From: Candidatus Latescibacterota bacterium | Lineage (GTDB): Bacteria > Latescibacterota > UBA2968 | Length of the DNA: 64,000 nt | Reading direction: 5' to 3' | Assembly: GCA_965222605.1 (NCBI GenBank) | Contig: OZ244960.1 | Coordinates: forward strand, 5,888,001-5,952,000 | Shown here: one piece after another, positions 19,687-29,273 of the stretch | How the letters are laid out: every line of letters starts with the position of its first letter | How positions within the stretch are numbered: position 1 is the stretch's first letter | The notes under the pieces: model-generated | The model's input: only the letters and a program-made list of their open reading frames with translations | The model's database searches: none | What the model was told of the DNA's origin: nothing | Program-made: the position numbers and the translations under genes

Positions 19687-21514
19687 TCGGCAGGGCAGTG
19701 GTGAACAACAGGGGCCGGGTGGGATGATGGGACGCCGTCGAATGATGATGATGGTGGGAGACGACGAGCGGGCGCGGGATATGCGGGGGACTGCCCGCCG
19801 TTTGGTGGGGTATATGAGACGCTACAGAAGGACGTTGATCGGGGTGGTGGGGCTGGTGGTGATCACAACGGGGTTGGAGGTAGCAGGTCCGTATTTGATG
19901 GGGCGTGCGATTGATGAGTATATCGCGTCTAACGATTTGCCGGGCCTTTTCCAAATTGCCCTGTTGATGGCAGGGATATATGTGGCTATGGCACTGACGT
20001 CCTGGCTTCAGTCTTTTGTGATGGCGCGGGTATCTCAAAATGCTGTGCGGGATTTGCGTCAGGATCTTTTTAATCGCTTGCAGGTGCTTCCGCTGCGATT
20101 TTTCGATCGGCGTGCCAGTGGCGATCTCATGAGCCGGGTGACCAATGATGTGGATAATATCAGCAGTGTGTTGTCGGAGAGCGTGACACAGTTGATTAGC
20201 AGCGTGTTGACCCTGGCGGGTGTGTCGGCCATGATGTTGTGGATGGATTTGCCACTGGCGTTGATTAGCTTGCTTACCTTTCCGCTGATGGCGTCTTTGA
20301 CTGGGCAGGTTGCCAAACGCGCGCGGCGAGGTTTTCGCGAGCAGCAGGCGGCACTGGGTGCGCTCAATGGAATGATCGAAGAGACGATTGCGGCAGAACA
20401 GGTGGTGAAGGCATACGGGTGCGAACAGGCGTCGATTGAGGCGTTTGAAAAGTTTAATAACAGGTTGAAATATGCCGGTACCCGCGCGCAGTTTTTCGGG
20501 ACGCTGATGCCGCCTCTGACCTTTTTTGTGAACAATATGGGCCTGGTGATTGTGGCTTTTGCTGGTGGCTATATGGCGGTTCAGGGCGATGTGACAATAG
20601 GGGTGATTGCCGCTTTCATCAGTTATGTGCGACAGTTTGGACGGCCTTTGGGGCAGGTTGCCAATTTGTACAATTCGATACAGTCGGCACTGGCCGGGGC
20701 AGAGCGGGTTTTTGAGACTATTGATGAGTTTCCCGAGGTGCCCGATAGTCCGGATGCGGTCGCGTTAGAACAGATTCGGGGCGATGTGGTTTTTGAACAG
20801 GTGTGTTTTGGTTATGAAAAAGATGTGCCGGTGCTCAAAGAGGTGAGTTTGCACGCCAGGCCAGGTGAGAAGATTGCGCTGGTAGGGCCGACGGGAGCGG
20901 GGAAGACGACCATTGTGAATTTGCTGACCCGGTTTTACGATATCGATAGCGGGGCGATCTATATCGATGACCATGAAATTCAGCAGGTGAAACGGGGAGC
21001 GTTGCGCCGACAACTGGGCATTGTGTTGCAGGATACTTTTTTGCTGTCTGATACTGTGCGGGAAAATATCCGTTATGGGAGGTTAGATGCTTCGGATGAG
21101 GAGGTTGTTGACGCGGCGAGATTGGCCAATGCCGATCCCTTTATTCACCGTCTGCCCCAGGGTTATGATACGGTGCTTGCGGAACGCGGCGGCAATTTGA
21201 GCCAGGGGCAGCGGCAGATGCTGGCCATTGCAAGAGCCGCGCTGGCCGATCCGTCGATTCTCATTTTAGATGAGGCGACGTCCAGCGTGGATACGCGGAC
21301 GGAAATGCGGATTCAACAGGCGCTTTTAAGGCTGATGGAGGGGCGAACGAGTTTTATTATTGCCCATCGGTTGAGCACGATTCGCAATGTGGATGAGATT
21401 CTGGTCATTGACGACGGGCAGATTATTGAACGCGGGTCGCATCGGGCGTTGTTGGATGCGGAGGGATTTTATTACAATTTGTATATGAGCCAGTATGATT
21501 ACTCCCAACGGTAG
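19664..21514 (+). CDS. Heterodimeric ABC exporter subunit B (TMD+NBD)
   Basis: GPTGAGKT, LSQGQRQ, ILDEA, IAHR; last codons lie inside the tnpB element right end. Confidence 0.93.
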   Translation: MAEERRVDRQGSGEQQGPGGMMGRRRMMMMVGDDERARDMRGTARRLVGYMRRYRRTLIGVVGLVVITTGLEVAGPYLMGRAIDEYIASNDLPGLFQIALLMAGIYVAMALTSWLQSFVMARVSQNAVRDLRQDLFNRLQVLPLRFFDRRASGDLMSRVTNDVDNISSVLSESVTQLISSVLTLAGVSAMMLWMDLPLALISLLTFPLMASLTGQVAKRARRGFREQQAALGALNGMIEETIAAEQVVKAYGCEQASIEAFEKFNNRLKYAGTRAQFFGTLMPPLTFFVNNMGLVIVAFAGGYMAVQGDVTIGVIAAFISYVRQFGRPLGQVANLYNSIQSALAGAERVFETIDEFPEVPDSPDAVALEQIRGDVVFEQVCFGYEKDVPVLKEVSLHARPGEKIALVGPTGAGKTTIVNLLTRFYDIDSGAIYIDDHEIQQVKRGALRRQLGIVLQDTFLLSDTVRENIRYGRLDASDEEVVDAARLANADPFIHRLPQGYDTVLAERGGNLSQGQRQMLAIARAALADPSILILDEATSSVDTRTEMRIQQALLRLMEGRTSFIIAHRLSTIRNVDEILVIDDGQIIERGSHRALLDAEGFYYNLYMSQYDYSQR

Positions 21515-22780
21515 AGCAGTTGGGCTTCTTGGCGGTCAAACCGCCTGACTTTGTAATCCCAAAGTCAATATGTTTATCGCAGCATTGAGGTCTCTGTCTG
21601 CTGTATAGCCACACTTTTTGCAATGATGCACCCTCTGCGAGAGTGCTTTCTTCTCGCGGTATCCACAAGAAGAGCAATCTTGTGACGTGTATTCAGGATC
21701 AACGGCCTTGAATCCAATACCAGCTTCTTCCGCTTTGTATTCGAGACAATGCCGAAACAGTGACCATGCTACGTCTGAGATGCTTTTTGATAAACGACGA
21801 TTCTTTTGCATCTCTTTAGGTTTTAACTTTTCTACGACGACAAAGCCGTATTTATTCACTATCTTTCGAGACTCTTGATGCACAAAATCATTCCGTCTAT
21901 TACGGATACGCTCATGCACTCTGGCAACAGTCTTACGTGCTCTCTCTCGTTTCTTTGGCGATGCTTTTTTCACTTTGTCCCACTTGCGTTGTGCTTTGGC
22001 AAGTGCCTTTTCCTCTTGCCGAAGAAAGCGAGGATTTGCGATCTTTGTCTCGTCAGAAAACATAGCAAAATTATCAAGTCCCACGTCAATACCAACGGCG
22101 GGACCAGCGTCTGTTTTTTCAGGGGCGGCGCCTACTATATCACAAGAGATAGTAGCGAACCACTTGCCCGTGGCTGTGCGCCTGAGCGTGCAAGACTTAG
22201 GCATGCCCTCAAGTGGTCTGTGCTGGACAATGCGAATACAGCCTATTTTGCTCAATCGCAAGCCCTTATCGTCCAATCGGCATCCGTTGGAAAACTGAGG
22301 ATAGGTGATAGAATCATAGCGATTCTGACCCTTGTATCTGGGAAAGCCAGCTTTCTCGCCCGTCTTTGCCCTCTCTTTGAGACGGCGGAAAAATCCTTTG
22401 AACGCCCAATCTACTCTCTGGCATACTTGCTGAAGAACTTGAGAATAGATAAGAGAAAAAGATTTACGCTGTTGTTTCAGCATTGGCAATGTCGCTTGTT
22501 GCTCATAGCGCGATAAACTTTCTTTATTCTTTTCCCATGCTTGGACTCTTGCACAGATAAGTTGATTATACAGCAAGCGACATTCTTCAATGTGCGCCAG
22601 TAGGATTTTCTCTTGTTTTTTCGTTGGACGCAATCTGTATTTGAAGGATTTAAACATAAGTAAAATATACACTTATGCACATATTTTGTCAACCCATTTT
22701 CGTGGAATTAATGGACGAATCTCAATGACTCACCGCCCACATCGCCTTGTGCGATATGCCCACTGCTAAAGCACCACACC
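21495..22780 (-). mobile_element. IS200/IS605-family tnpB-only element (IS1341-type), copy 1
   Basis: Homology to copy 2 begins right after TTAT (22784-22781) and ends at GGGAGTAATCAT; subterminal hairpins at both ends; no TIR/TSD. Confidence 0.88.
21536..22657 (-). CDS. tnpB: TnpB RNA-guided endonuclease
   Basis: FKYRLRPT HTH, GFPRYK, RuvC-I GIDVG, RuvC-II VVEKL, zinc finger CSSC..CKKC, RuvC-III DRDLNAAINI. Confidence 0.95.
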   Translation of the reverse strand: MFKSFKYRLRPTKKQEKILLAHIEECRLLYNQLICARVQAWEKNKESLSRYEQQATLPMLKQQRKSFSLIYSQVLQQVCQRVDWAFKGFFRRLKERAKTGEKAGFPRYKGQNRYDSITYPQFSNGCRLDDKGLRLSKIGCIRIVQHRPLEGMPKSCTLRRTATGKWFATISCDIVGAAPEKTDAGPAVGIDVGLDNFAMFSDETKIANPRFLRQEEKALAKAQRKWDKVKKASPKKRERARKTVARVHERIRNRRNDFVHQESRKIVNKYGFVVVEKLKPKEMQKNRRLSKSISDVAWSLFRHCLEYKAEEAGIGFKAVDPEYTSQDCSSCGYREKKALSQRVHHCKKCGYTADRDLNAAINILTLGLQSQAV

Positions 22781-22789
22781 ATAAGCATG

Positions 22790-22810
22790 TCCCCGCGAAA
22801 GCAGGGAACC
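22790..22810. repeat. Short REP-like palindrome
   Basis: TCCCCGC-GAAA-GCAGGGA hairpin with GAAA tetraloop at the phyH fragment breakpoint. Confidence 0.5.
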
Positions 22811-23237
22811 GTGGCATCAGGATATGAATTTCTGGTCCAGTGAAATAGAACCGGGTATCAATGTCTCTGCCTGGTTAGCCATTGACGATACAGATGTTAC
22901 CAACAGTTGCGTTCAGCTTATGCCGGGGTCGCACCGCAAGATGATTCCGCACATTAAAGCCACACCTGAACAGGCTTTTCGCCAACAGGGCGACCCCGAT
23001 CACATCGGTGTTGACCCGGATCGCGTGGTGAAGAAGAAATTGAAAGCCGGGCAATTTTTTCTCTTTACCGAGCGTATGCTCCATTACTCATCGGCAAATA
23101 CTTCTGATCGCCCACGCCTGGGATTGGCCATACGCATTACCATTCCGATTGTGCGGTGTTACAAAAGGCATCACGTTCATCTGGTGCGCGGTGAAGATCG
23201 GATGGGGTTTAATGTGTGTGGAGATGCGCCTGAATGA
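22809..23237 (+). pseudogene. 5'-truncated second copy of the PhyH-family gene
   Basis: Aligns to 17457-17885 from codons P-W-H-Q-D to the stop; N-terminal ~100 codons absent. Confidence 0.88.
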
Positions 23238-23272
23238 TCGGGATGAGTAAAGGACAAAAAAGGGAGGTTTAC

Positions 23273-23824
23273 ATGTTGAGTAATAGATTGTGGCTGTCTT
23301 GCATCCTGCTTTTTGGGATCGTTGTGATTGCGTCTGATAAAGTCGTGTCTGGTGATGAACCATCCGATAAAGTCACGCTGGATCAGCTTTCCCGCGAGGT
23401 AGATGAGTTATCCCGCAAGGTTGAACATCTATCTCGTAAGGTGGATGAGTTATCCCACAAGGTGGATCAACCATCCGAGAAAGTCACGTCTGGCCGATCA
23501 TCTGAAAAGGTGACGCTTAGAGGCGTTGAAATTCAGTTTCTGGGGAATGGAAAGACTTATGCGCCTTGGAAAGGACAAGTGAAGCTATTTGAAGTTTATG
23601 CCCATGTCAGACATGAAGAGATCGGACGGCTATTTGTTAAAGTGAATGCTGGATTAGATCCGCTTGATGTCGTAGAAGCAATACGAGAGGAAGCAAAAAA
23701 GAAAGGTGGTAATGGAGTTATTCTTGATTCAAGTTTGGGGGTAATGCAGCAGAGTTTGAGTATTGGTGCTCTCGCTGGTATGGGTGTAGATATGACGGTG
23801 AAAGTAATACGAGTTTTTGAATAA
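23273..23824 (+). CDS. Exported hypothetical protein with heptad coiled-coil repeats
   Basis: GGAGG RBS, signal-like N-terminus, LSREVDE/LSRKVEH/LSRKVDE/LSHKVDQ, C-terminal EEAKKKGGNGVI (YbjQ-like pattern). Confidence 0.7.
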   Translation: MLSNRLWLSCILLFGIVVIASDKVVSGDEPSDKVTLDQLSREVDELSRKVEHLSRKVDELSHKVDQPSEKVTSGRSSEKVTLRGVEIQFLGNGKTYAPWKGQVKLFEVYAHVRHEEIGRLFVKVNAGLDPLDVVEAIREEAKKKGGNGVILDSSLGVMQQSLSIGALAGMGVDMTVKVIRVFE

Positions 23825-23925
23825 AAAAAGGTCTGTGTCTCCCTTGCTAAGAAACGCAGACCCCGCAATAGTTGCTCTGGTGATGTGTGCTACCGCCGAA
23901 GTGATTAGAATGACAGACTGAGCTA

Positions 23926-24168
23926 ATGACTGAAATCCCACGCCATCCAAATAAAGACATTCGCGAAGCGATCTTATACGCTGTATCAAGAGGATGGCGT
24001 ATTGAGAAGGCCGGGCCACGAGCACATATTTGGGGCCGTGCACTTTGTCCAGAACAGAGTCGAGCCGGACATATTTTTAATATTTACTCTACTCCCAGGA
24101 ATCCGACTATCCATGCTCGTAAATTTCAAAGATATGTGGATGCCTGTACACATACACCGAGGAGATGA
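23926..24168 (+). CDS. Putative HicA-like toxin
   Basis: 80 aa, basic, HPNKDIREA..YA..RGW..H.WG..C....STPRNP..HA pattern. Confidence 0.55.
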   Translation: MTEIPRHPNKDIREAILYAVSRGWRIEKAGPRAHIWGRALCPEQSRAGHIFNIYSTPRNPTIHARKFQRYVDACTHTPRR

Positions 24169-24458
24169 AGACGATGCGAGTCTATGAATTTATGCTTACA
24201 CTTGCGACTGAGCCTGATCTGGATACAACGGATCGGCTCTATGGATATTTTGGTGAGGATGGGGAGGCACCTGACAGTGTCCTGGACTTTACACTTGTTA
24301 TACAGTCCGGAACACCGATTGCGAATTGTACCGTAGAAGCTACATCGTTTGAGGCAGCACTGGAATCGGTGTTGCCAAAACTACGCGAGGAGGGGCTTCA
24401 GGTTGTGCGGGTGGAGGTTGACGAGGTGGGGCTGGCACTTCTTCAAGAGGCGATATAA
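24165..24458 (+). CDS. Putative HicB-like antitoxin (no HTH)
   Basis: 97 aa, acidic, YEFMLTL...EATSFEAALES; ATGA overlap with preceding gene. Confidence 0.5.
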   Translation: MKTMRVYEFMLTLATEPDLDTTDRLYGYFGEDGEAPDSVLDFTLVIQSGTPIANCTVEATSFEAALESVLPKLREEGLQVVRVEVDEVGLALLQEAI

Positions 24459-24514
24459 CGGCTTAGATGCCTTACGGATAGACGTTTATCTTTTTTTGAA
24501 AACGGTGAAAATTT

Positions 24515-25522
24515 ATGAAAAAAGCTATACTCCATGGTCCGCGAGACCTTCGCATTGAAGAGCACCCGCTTGATACGAGCGCGCTTGGTGCTGATGAAGT
24601 CTGGGTTGAAACGCAGATCAGCGCGTTTAAAATTGGAACAGATCGGGGCAATTTTGAAGGCGCTGAACGCGTACCGGGTGCGCCGGACTATCCGCGATTC
24701 GTTGGCGACAGCAATCTGGGTATTGTTCGCGGTATTGGAGCTGAGGTCACGCGCTTTGAGGTTGGCGATCGCGTTGTGGCTACTCAACCTCACCAATCTG
24801 AATACATCATAAGCCAGTTTGGTGATATCTTCAAAATACCCCGTGATGTCGATTCTGAAGATGCTGTGTATGCACACCTCTATGCGCTCAGCGCACATTG
24901 TTACCACAAAGCATTATTTAGGCCCGGCGAAAATGTCGCCGTTGTTGGTCTGGGTGTTCTGGGCCTGGGGGCAGTCGCTTTAGGCCCTTTGTTTGGTGCC
25001 CGCGTCGTTGGGCTTGGAAATAGTTCCATCAGGTTAGATATGGCAAAACGAGCAGGTGCGCACGCGGCTTATTTATCAGACGATCCGGACCTTGAAGAGA
25101 AACTATACGTTTTTACAAATGGAGCCAGCATAGACCTGGTTATTCTCACAGCGAATCCCTGGCCGGCTTACAAAACATCTGTTGAAATTGTGCGGCCAAA
25201 TGGTCGGGTCTCTATCGTCAGTCTTATGGGACGGGGCGAACCACCGCTTGATTTTAATCCTCTGGCAATGGAATGGTTTTACGCCAAGGGGATATCTCTG
25301 ATTGCCGTGCATGGAGAAGATGCCCAATTATATCCGCATGCCGATACATCGGGTCATCTCGGTCATTGCAATCACGTCCTTTCTCTTATGGCTGAAAAAA
25401 AACTTCAGCCCAGCCATCTTATTACGCACCGTTTGCATTATACGGAAATGGTCCAGGCTTATGAAATGGCCTATGCGCGTGAAAAATCTATGCTGGGTGT
25501 CATATTCAATTGGCGGGAATAG
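24515..25522 (+). CDS. MDR-family oxidoreductase lacking catalytic zinc Cys
   Basis: LHGPRDLRIE, GTD, VGDRV, GLGVLG, LITHR. Confidence 0.85.
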   Translation: MKKAILHGPRDLRIEEHPLDTSALGADEVWVETQISAFKIGTDRGNFEGAERVPGAPDYPRFVGDSNLGIVRGIGAEVTRFEVGDRVVATQPHQSEYIISQFGDIFKIPRDVDSEDAVYAHLYALSAHCYHKALFRPGENVAVVGLGVLGLGAVALGPLFGARVVGLGNSSIRLDMAKRAGAHAAYLSDDPDLEEKLYVFTNGASIDLVILTANPWPAYKTSVEIVRPNGRVSIVSLMGRGEPPLDFNPLAMEWFYAKGISLIAVHGEDAQLYPHADTSGHLGHCNHVLSLMAEKKLQPSHLITHRLHYTEMVQAYEMAYAREKSMLGVIFNWRE

Positions 25523-25525
25523 ATC

Positions 25526-26857
25526 ATGTCACATGATGTCACGAGATCGTTAGAACTGTATAAGAAAGCGGGAGAACGCATTCCAGGTTGGACACAGCTC
25601 ATCAGCCGGAGAGCCGACCGGGTCGCAAATGGCGTTAGTCCTCTCTATGTCGCGCGATCAAAAGGCGCGCGATTTGTCGATGTGGATGGCAATGAATATA
25701 TCGATTGGATTCGCGCTTTGGGGGCTATTATTTTGGGATATGCAGATCCCGTTGTCGATGGCGCTGTTAAAAAGCAGATCGATCGTGGAAGTCTGCATTC
25801 TATGAACAGTGCGCTCGAAATTGAGCTGGCAGATGAATTGATCAATACCATACCGAGTGCTGAAATGGTGCGCTATACCAAGGGGGGAGGGGAAGCCTGT
25901 GCGGTGGCTGCTCGCATTGCTCGGGGTACGACAAATCGAGATGTCATTCTTTTTTGCGGTTATCACGGATGGCACGATTGGTACCAATCGGCAAATTATC
26001 TCGTCGATCCCGAGAGTGGAGAATATCCTTTTGCCGGCATTGAGCCGATTGGTGTGCCGCGTGCTCTGGCGGGAACGGCGATTCCATTTACTTATGGAGA
26101 TCTCGACATGCTCGGCCGTTTGCTGACCGAATATCAAGGCGAGGTTGCCGCGGTTATGATGGAACCCGCCCGATCTGAGTGGCCCGAACAAGGGTATCTC
26201 GAAGGGGTCAAAGAGCTTGCCCACAGGCACGGCGCTCTGCTCATCTTCGACGAAGTCTCCTGCGGTTGGCGCGAGTCTCTGGGCGGTATGCAGAAATATT
26301 TGGGTGTTACGCCAGATATTACGGTGATTGCCAAAGGCATGTCCAATGGTTATCCGATGGGGGCTGTTGTTGGATCGCGGGAAGCGATGGAACCCGCCAA
26401 AGCGATGTTTATTTCCAGTTCGTATTGGAGCGATAATATCGGTCCTGTTGCGGCGCTGACTACCATCCGTGAACTCAAAAGGCGCGATAGCGAGACACAC
26501 CTATCTGAAATGGGCCAAAAAGTAGCTGTGGCGATTGACGAATCCGTCTCATCTGCTGGTCTTTCTGGATCGTGCAAAGGGTTTCCCGCAACGCCTAATC
26601 TGGTGCTCGATTTGCCCGATGAGGCATTGCGCGGCAAGGTTCAGACGCTTTTTATTCAGGAAATGGCCCGCCGAGGTGTACATTGTTATATGGGCTTTGG
26701 TCCTACGCTTGCACATACCGAAGAAGATGTGCGTATTACTGCTGAAGCTGTTGAAGCCTCTTTGCGCGTTATCAAGCAGGGGCTTGAAAATGATTCTATC
26801 GACGACCTGCTCATTTGTGATCTGCACTCGGAACCCTTCCGCCGGATCGTCCGATAA
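25526..26857 (+). CDS. Class III PLP aminotransferase (GSA-aminomutase-like)
   Basis: DVDGNEYID, GYHGWHD, LIFDEV, AKGMSNGYPMGAV. Confidence 0.92.
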   Translation: MSHDVTRSLELYKKAGERIPGWTQLISRRADRVANGVSPLYVARSKGARFVDVDGNEYIDWIRALGAIILGYADPVVDGAVKKQIDRGSLHSMNSALEIELADELINTIPSAEMVRYTKGGGEACAVAARIARGTTNRDVILFCGYHGWHDWYQSANYLVDPESGEYPFAGIEPIGVPRALAGTAIPFTYGDLDMLGRLLTEYQGEVAAVMMEPARSEWPEQGYLEGVKELAHRHGALLIFDEVSCGWRESLGGMQKYLGVTPDITVIAKGMSNGYPMGAVVGSREAMEPAKAMFISSSYWSDNIGPVAALTTIRELKRRDSETHLSEMGQKVAVAIDESVSSAGLSGSCKGFPATPNLVLDLPDEALRGKVQTLFIQEMARRGVHCYMGFGPTLAHTEEDVRITAEAVEASLRVIKQGLENDSIDDLLICDLHSEPFRRIVR

Positions 26858-26873
26858 AGTGGAGGAGAAAAAA

Positions 26874-29174
26874 ATGGCATTGACAATTGACGAAAGACCT
26901 GCAGGACCGGGTGAATGGGGATTTAGACCAGAAAATGTGACGACAGAGGAGACGCCACCGGCATTTGTGTGGCGCCCGCAGGAGAATGCTGCGAGCTATG
27001 ACATCCAGTGTGCGCGGAGCGCGGATTTTTCAAAGATCGCGTACGAGGCGCGGGGATTGACATATACGGTTCACCGCGCAGCAGAGGTGTTTGAATCGGG
27101 ACAGTGGTATTGGCGGTTTCGGTTTGGCGATGGAGATGGGCAGATGTCGGATTGGAGTTTGGGGCGCGCTTTTGTGATTGCCCAGAATGCAAGAGCATTG
27201 CCTTTGCCCAAACGCAGTGCATTGATTGGGCGCATCCCAAAGAGCCATCCGCGCCTGTTTGTGCGTCCAGAGGATTTGGATAGCTTGTGCACACGGGCAC
27301 GAGGAGATCTGAAACCGATTTACGACGATCTGGTCGCAACGTGCGAAGATATCCTGGCCGATATGCCATCTACCCAAGAACCGCCCCTGTATCCCGAGGG
27401 GACTGTTGTTCTGAGTGAGAAATGGCGGGAGATCTGGTGGGGAAACCGGATGTACACAATTCGCGTGTTAAACAGCGCGGCTACGCTGGCTTTTACGCGG
27501 CTTTTGGGTGGGCGAGATCACTATGGCGAGAAGGCGAAAGAATTGCTGCTGGCGTGTGCCAAATGGGATACCTTAGGGGCGACTGGCTATCGATATAATG
27601 ATGAAGCGGGTATGCCCTATAATTACTATTTTTGCCGCACCTATACGTTTGTGAACGATTTGTTGTGCGAAGAAGAGCGCGAAATATGCCGCGAGGTGAT
27701 GAAGGTTCAGGGGCAGGAGATGTACGATCATCTTGCGACTGAGATGCGCTATTTGTGGCATCCTTATGGCAGCCATGCCGGTCGAGCCTGGCATTTTTTA
27801 GGTGAGATAGGCGTGGCGTTTTTGGATGAGATTCCCGAAGCGGAAGAGTGGGTGTGGTTTGCTATGAATGTGTTTGGGGCCGTGTATCCCGCGTGGTGCG
27901 ATGAGGATGGCGGTTGGCACCAGGGATTGCAATACTGGGACAGTTATGTTCAGCGCTTTACGTGGTGGGCAGATATCATGCAGACGACAATGGGGATCGA
28001 TGCGTATTGCAAACCGTATTTTGCACGCGCTGGCGATTTTCCGATGTATTTTCAGCCTCCCGGTACGCGCGGGGGTGGCGTGGGCGATTTGACGACGATG
28101 AGGACATCGGATCAGAATTGCGATTTGATGCGCACGCTGGCGGCTCAGGCGCGCAATCCATACTGGAAGTGGTATGTGGATATGCACCCGAAGAAAGTGA
28201 AATCCGAAGAGGCGAGAAAGCGCCGGTTGGATGCCGTGGGTGCCGGGCGGTCGCTCTATATCGATTTTGTGCGGGGTGCATTGCCAGAAGTGCGCGCAAA
28301 AGCACCGGTGGATTTGCCTTCTTCAAAATGTTTTCGCGGCACGGGGTTGGTGGCGATGAATTCGGATTTGACGGATGGGAAGAACAATGTGTCGGTCATT
28401 TTTAAGAGCAGTCCGTTGGGATCGCAGAGTCACGGTTTTGACGCGCAAAATTCATTTTCGCTATTTGCTTTTGGCGAGCGTTTGTTGATTCACACAGGGC
28501 AGCGCGATATTCACGGCAGCGACCACCACAAGAACTGGATGCACCATACGAAGTCAACCAATTGCATTGGGGTAAATGGCGGGAGTCAGTTGCGCAACAA
28601 CGCTGCGGCAACGGGTGAAATTTTGGATTTTCAAACGTCGGATATATTTGATTATGTGGCTGGAGAAGCCGCCCCGGCCTATGGGGGAAAGCTGAAAAAA
28701 TTTACGCGGCAGATTTTGTTTGCCAAACCCGATGTAGTGGTGATTTGCGATACGGTGGTGGCGCACGAGGCTTCGATATTTCAGTATTATTTGCACGCTG
28801 AAACGGAAATGGATATCGAGGGACAGACGCTGAAAATCACAACGGGTGATGCGGGCTGTGTGGTGTCTCTGCTGCGTCCAGAAAATTTGAAAATTAGTCA
28901 GACAGATCAGTTTGATCCACCGCCGCGTGAGCGCGTTCAACTCGAGGAGTATCATGTGACAGCAGAGACGACGATACCGCGAGAAGAGGCCACATTTATT
29001 GCGGTTTTGCGACCGCACAGGGCGGGGGATGTGCCCAAAGGCGATCCCGTTTTGATGGATGATGGGCTTCTAAGGGTACCATTGCCCCAGGGCGAGTTGA
29101 AGATTTGGGTGGGTGAGACATTGCGCGCCGAGAAAAGAGATCAAAACGGTGCTGTGGTGGCAACGTTAAGTTGA
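26874..29174 (+). CDS. Heparinase II/III-like lyase with DUF4962-like N-terminal region
   Basis: HPRLF, DGGWHQG.QY, SHGFDAQNSF, HTKSTNCI; GGAGG RBS before MALTIDE at 26874. Confidence 0.8.
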   Translation: MALTIDERPAGPGEWGFRPENVTTEETPPAFVWRPQENAASYDIQCARSADFSKIAYEARGLTYTVHRAAEVFESGQWYWRFRFGDGDGQMSDWSLGRAFVIAQNARALPLPKRSALIGRIPKSHPRLFVRPEDLDSLCTRARGDLKPIYDDLVATCEDILADMPSTQEPPLYPEGTVVLSEKWREIWWGNRMYTIRVLNSAATLAFTRLLGGRDHYGEKAKELLLACAKWDTLGATGYRYNDEAGMPYNYYFCRTYTFVNDLLCEEEREICREVMKVQGQEMYDHLATEMRYLWHPYGSHAGRAWHFLGEIGVAFLDEIPEAEEWVWFAMNVFGAVYPAWCDEDGGWHQGLQYWDSYVQRFTWWADIMQTTMGIDAYCKPYFARAGDFPMYFQPPGTRGGGVGDLTTMRTSDQNCDLMRTLAAQARNPYWKWYVDMHPKKVKSEEARKRRLDAVGAGRSLYIDFVRGALPEVRAKAPVDLPSSKCFRGTGLVAMNSDLTDGKNNVSVIFKSSPLGSQSHGFDAQNSFSLFAFGERLLIHTGQRDIHGSDHHKNWMHHTKSTNCIGVNGGSQLRNNAAATGEILDFQTSDIFDYVAGEAAPAYGGKLKKFTRQILFAKPDVVVICDTVVAHEASIFQYYLHAETEMDIEGQTLKITTGDAGCVVSLLRPENLKISQTDQFDPPPRERVQLEEYHVTAETTIPREEATFIAVLRPHRAGDVPKGDPVLMDDGLLRVPLPQGELKIWVGETLRAEKRDQNGAVVATLS

Positions 29175-29190
29175 GTCTGATCCCCTTTAT

Positions 29191-29273
29191 CAGATAGCCC
29201 GTAAAACCCATCGGCTTTAGCGATGGGAAGCAAACGCGAGTTAGCGAGCGTTGTTTTGCAAGGGCTTACGAAT
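29191..29273 (+). mobile_element. Possible IS200/IS605 end remnant or palindromic MITE
   Basis: Follows TTTAT; AGCCCGTAAAAC-CCATCGGCTTTAGCGATGG...GTTTTGCAAGGGCT nested hairpins. Confidence 0.45.

Noticed and set aside
26535-26873. N-terminal extension of the 879-aa ORF
   Set aside because: Overlaps the aminotransferase; strong RBS start at 26874
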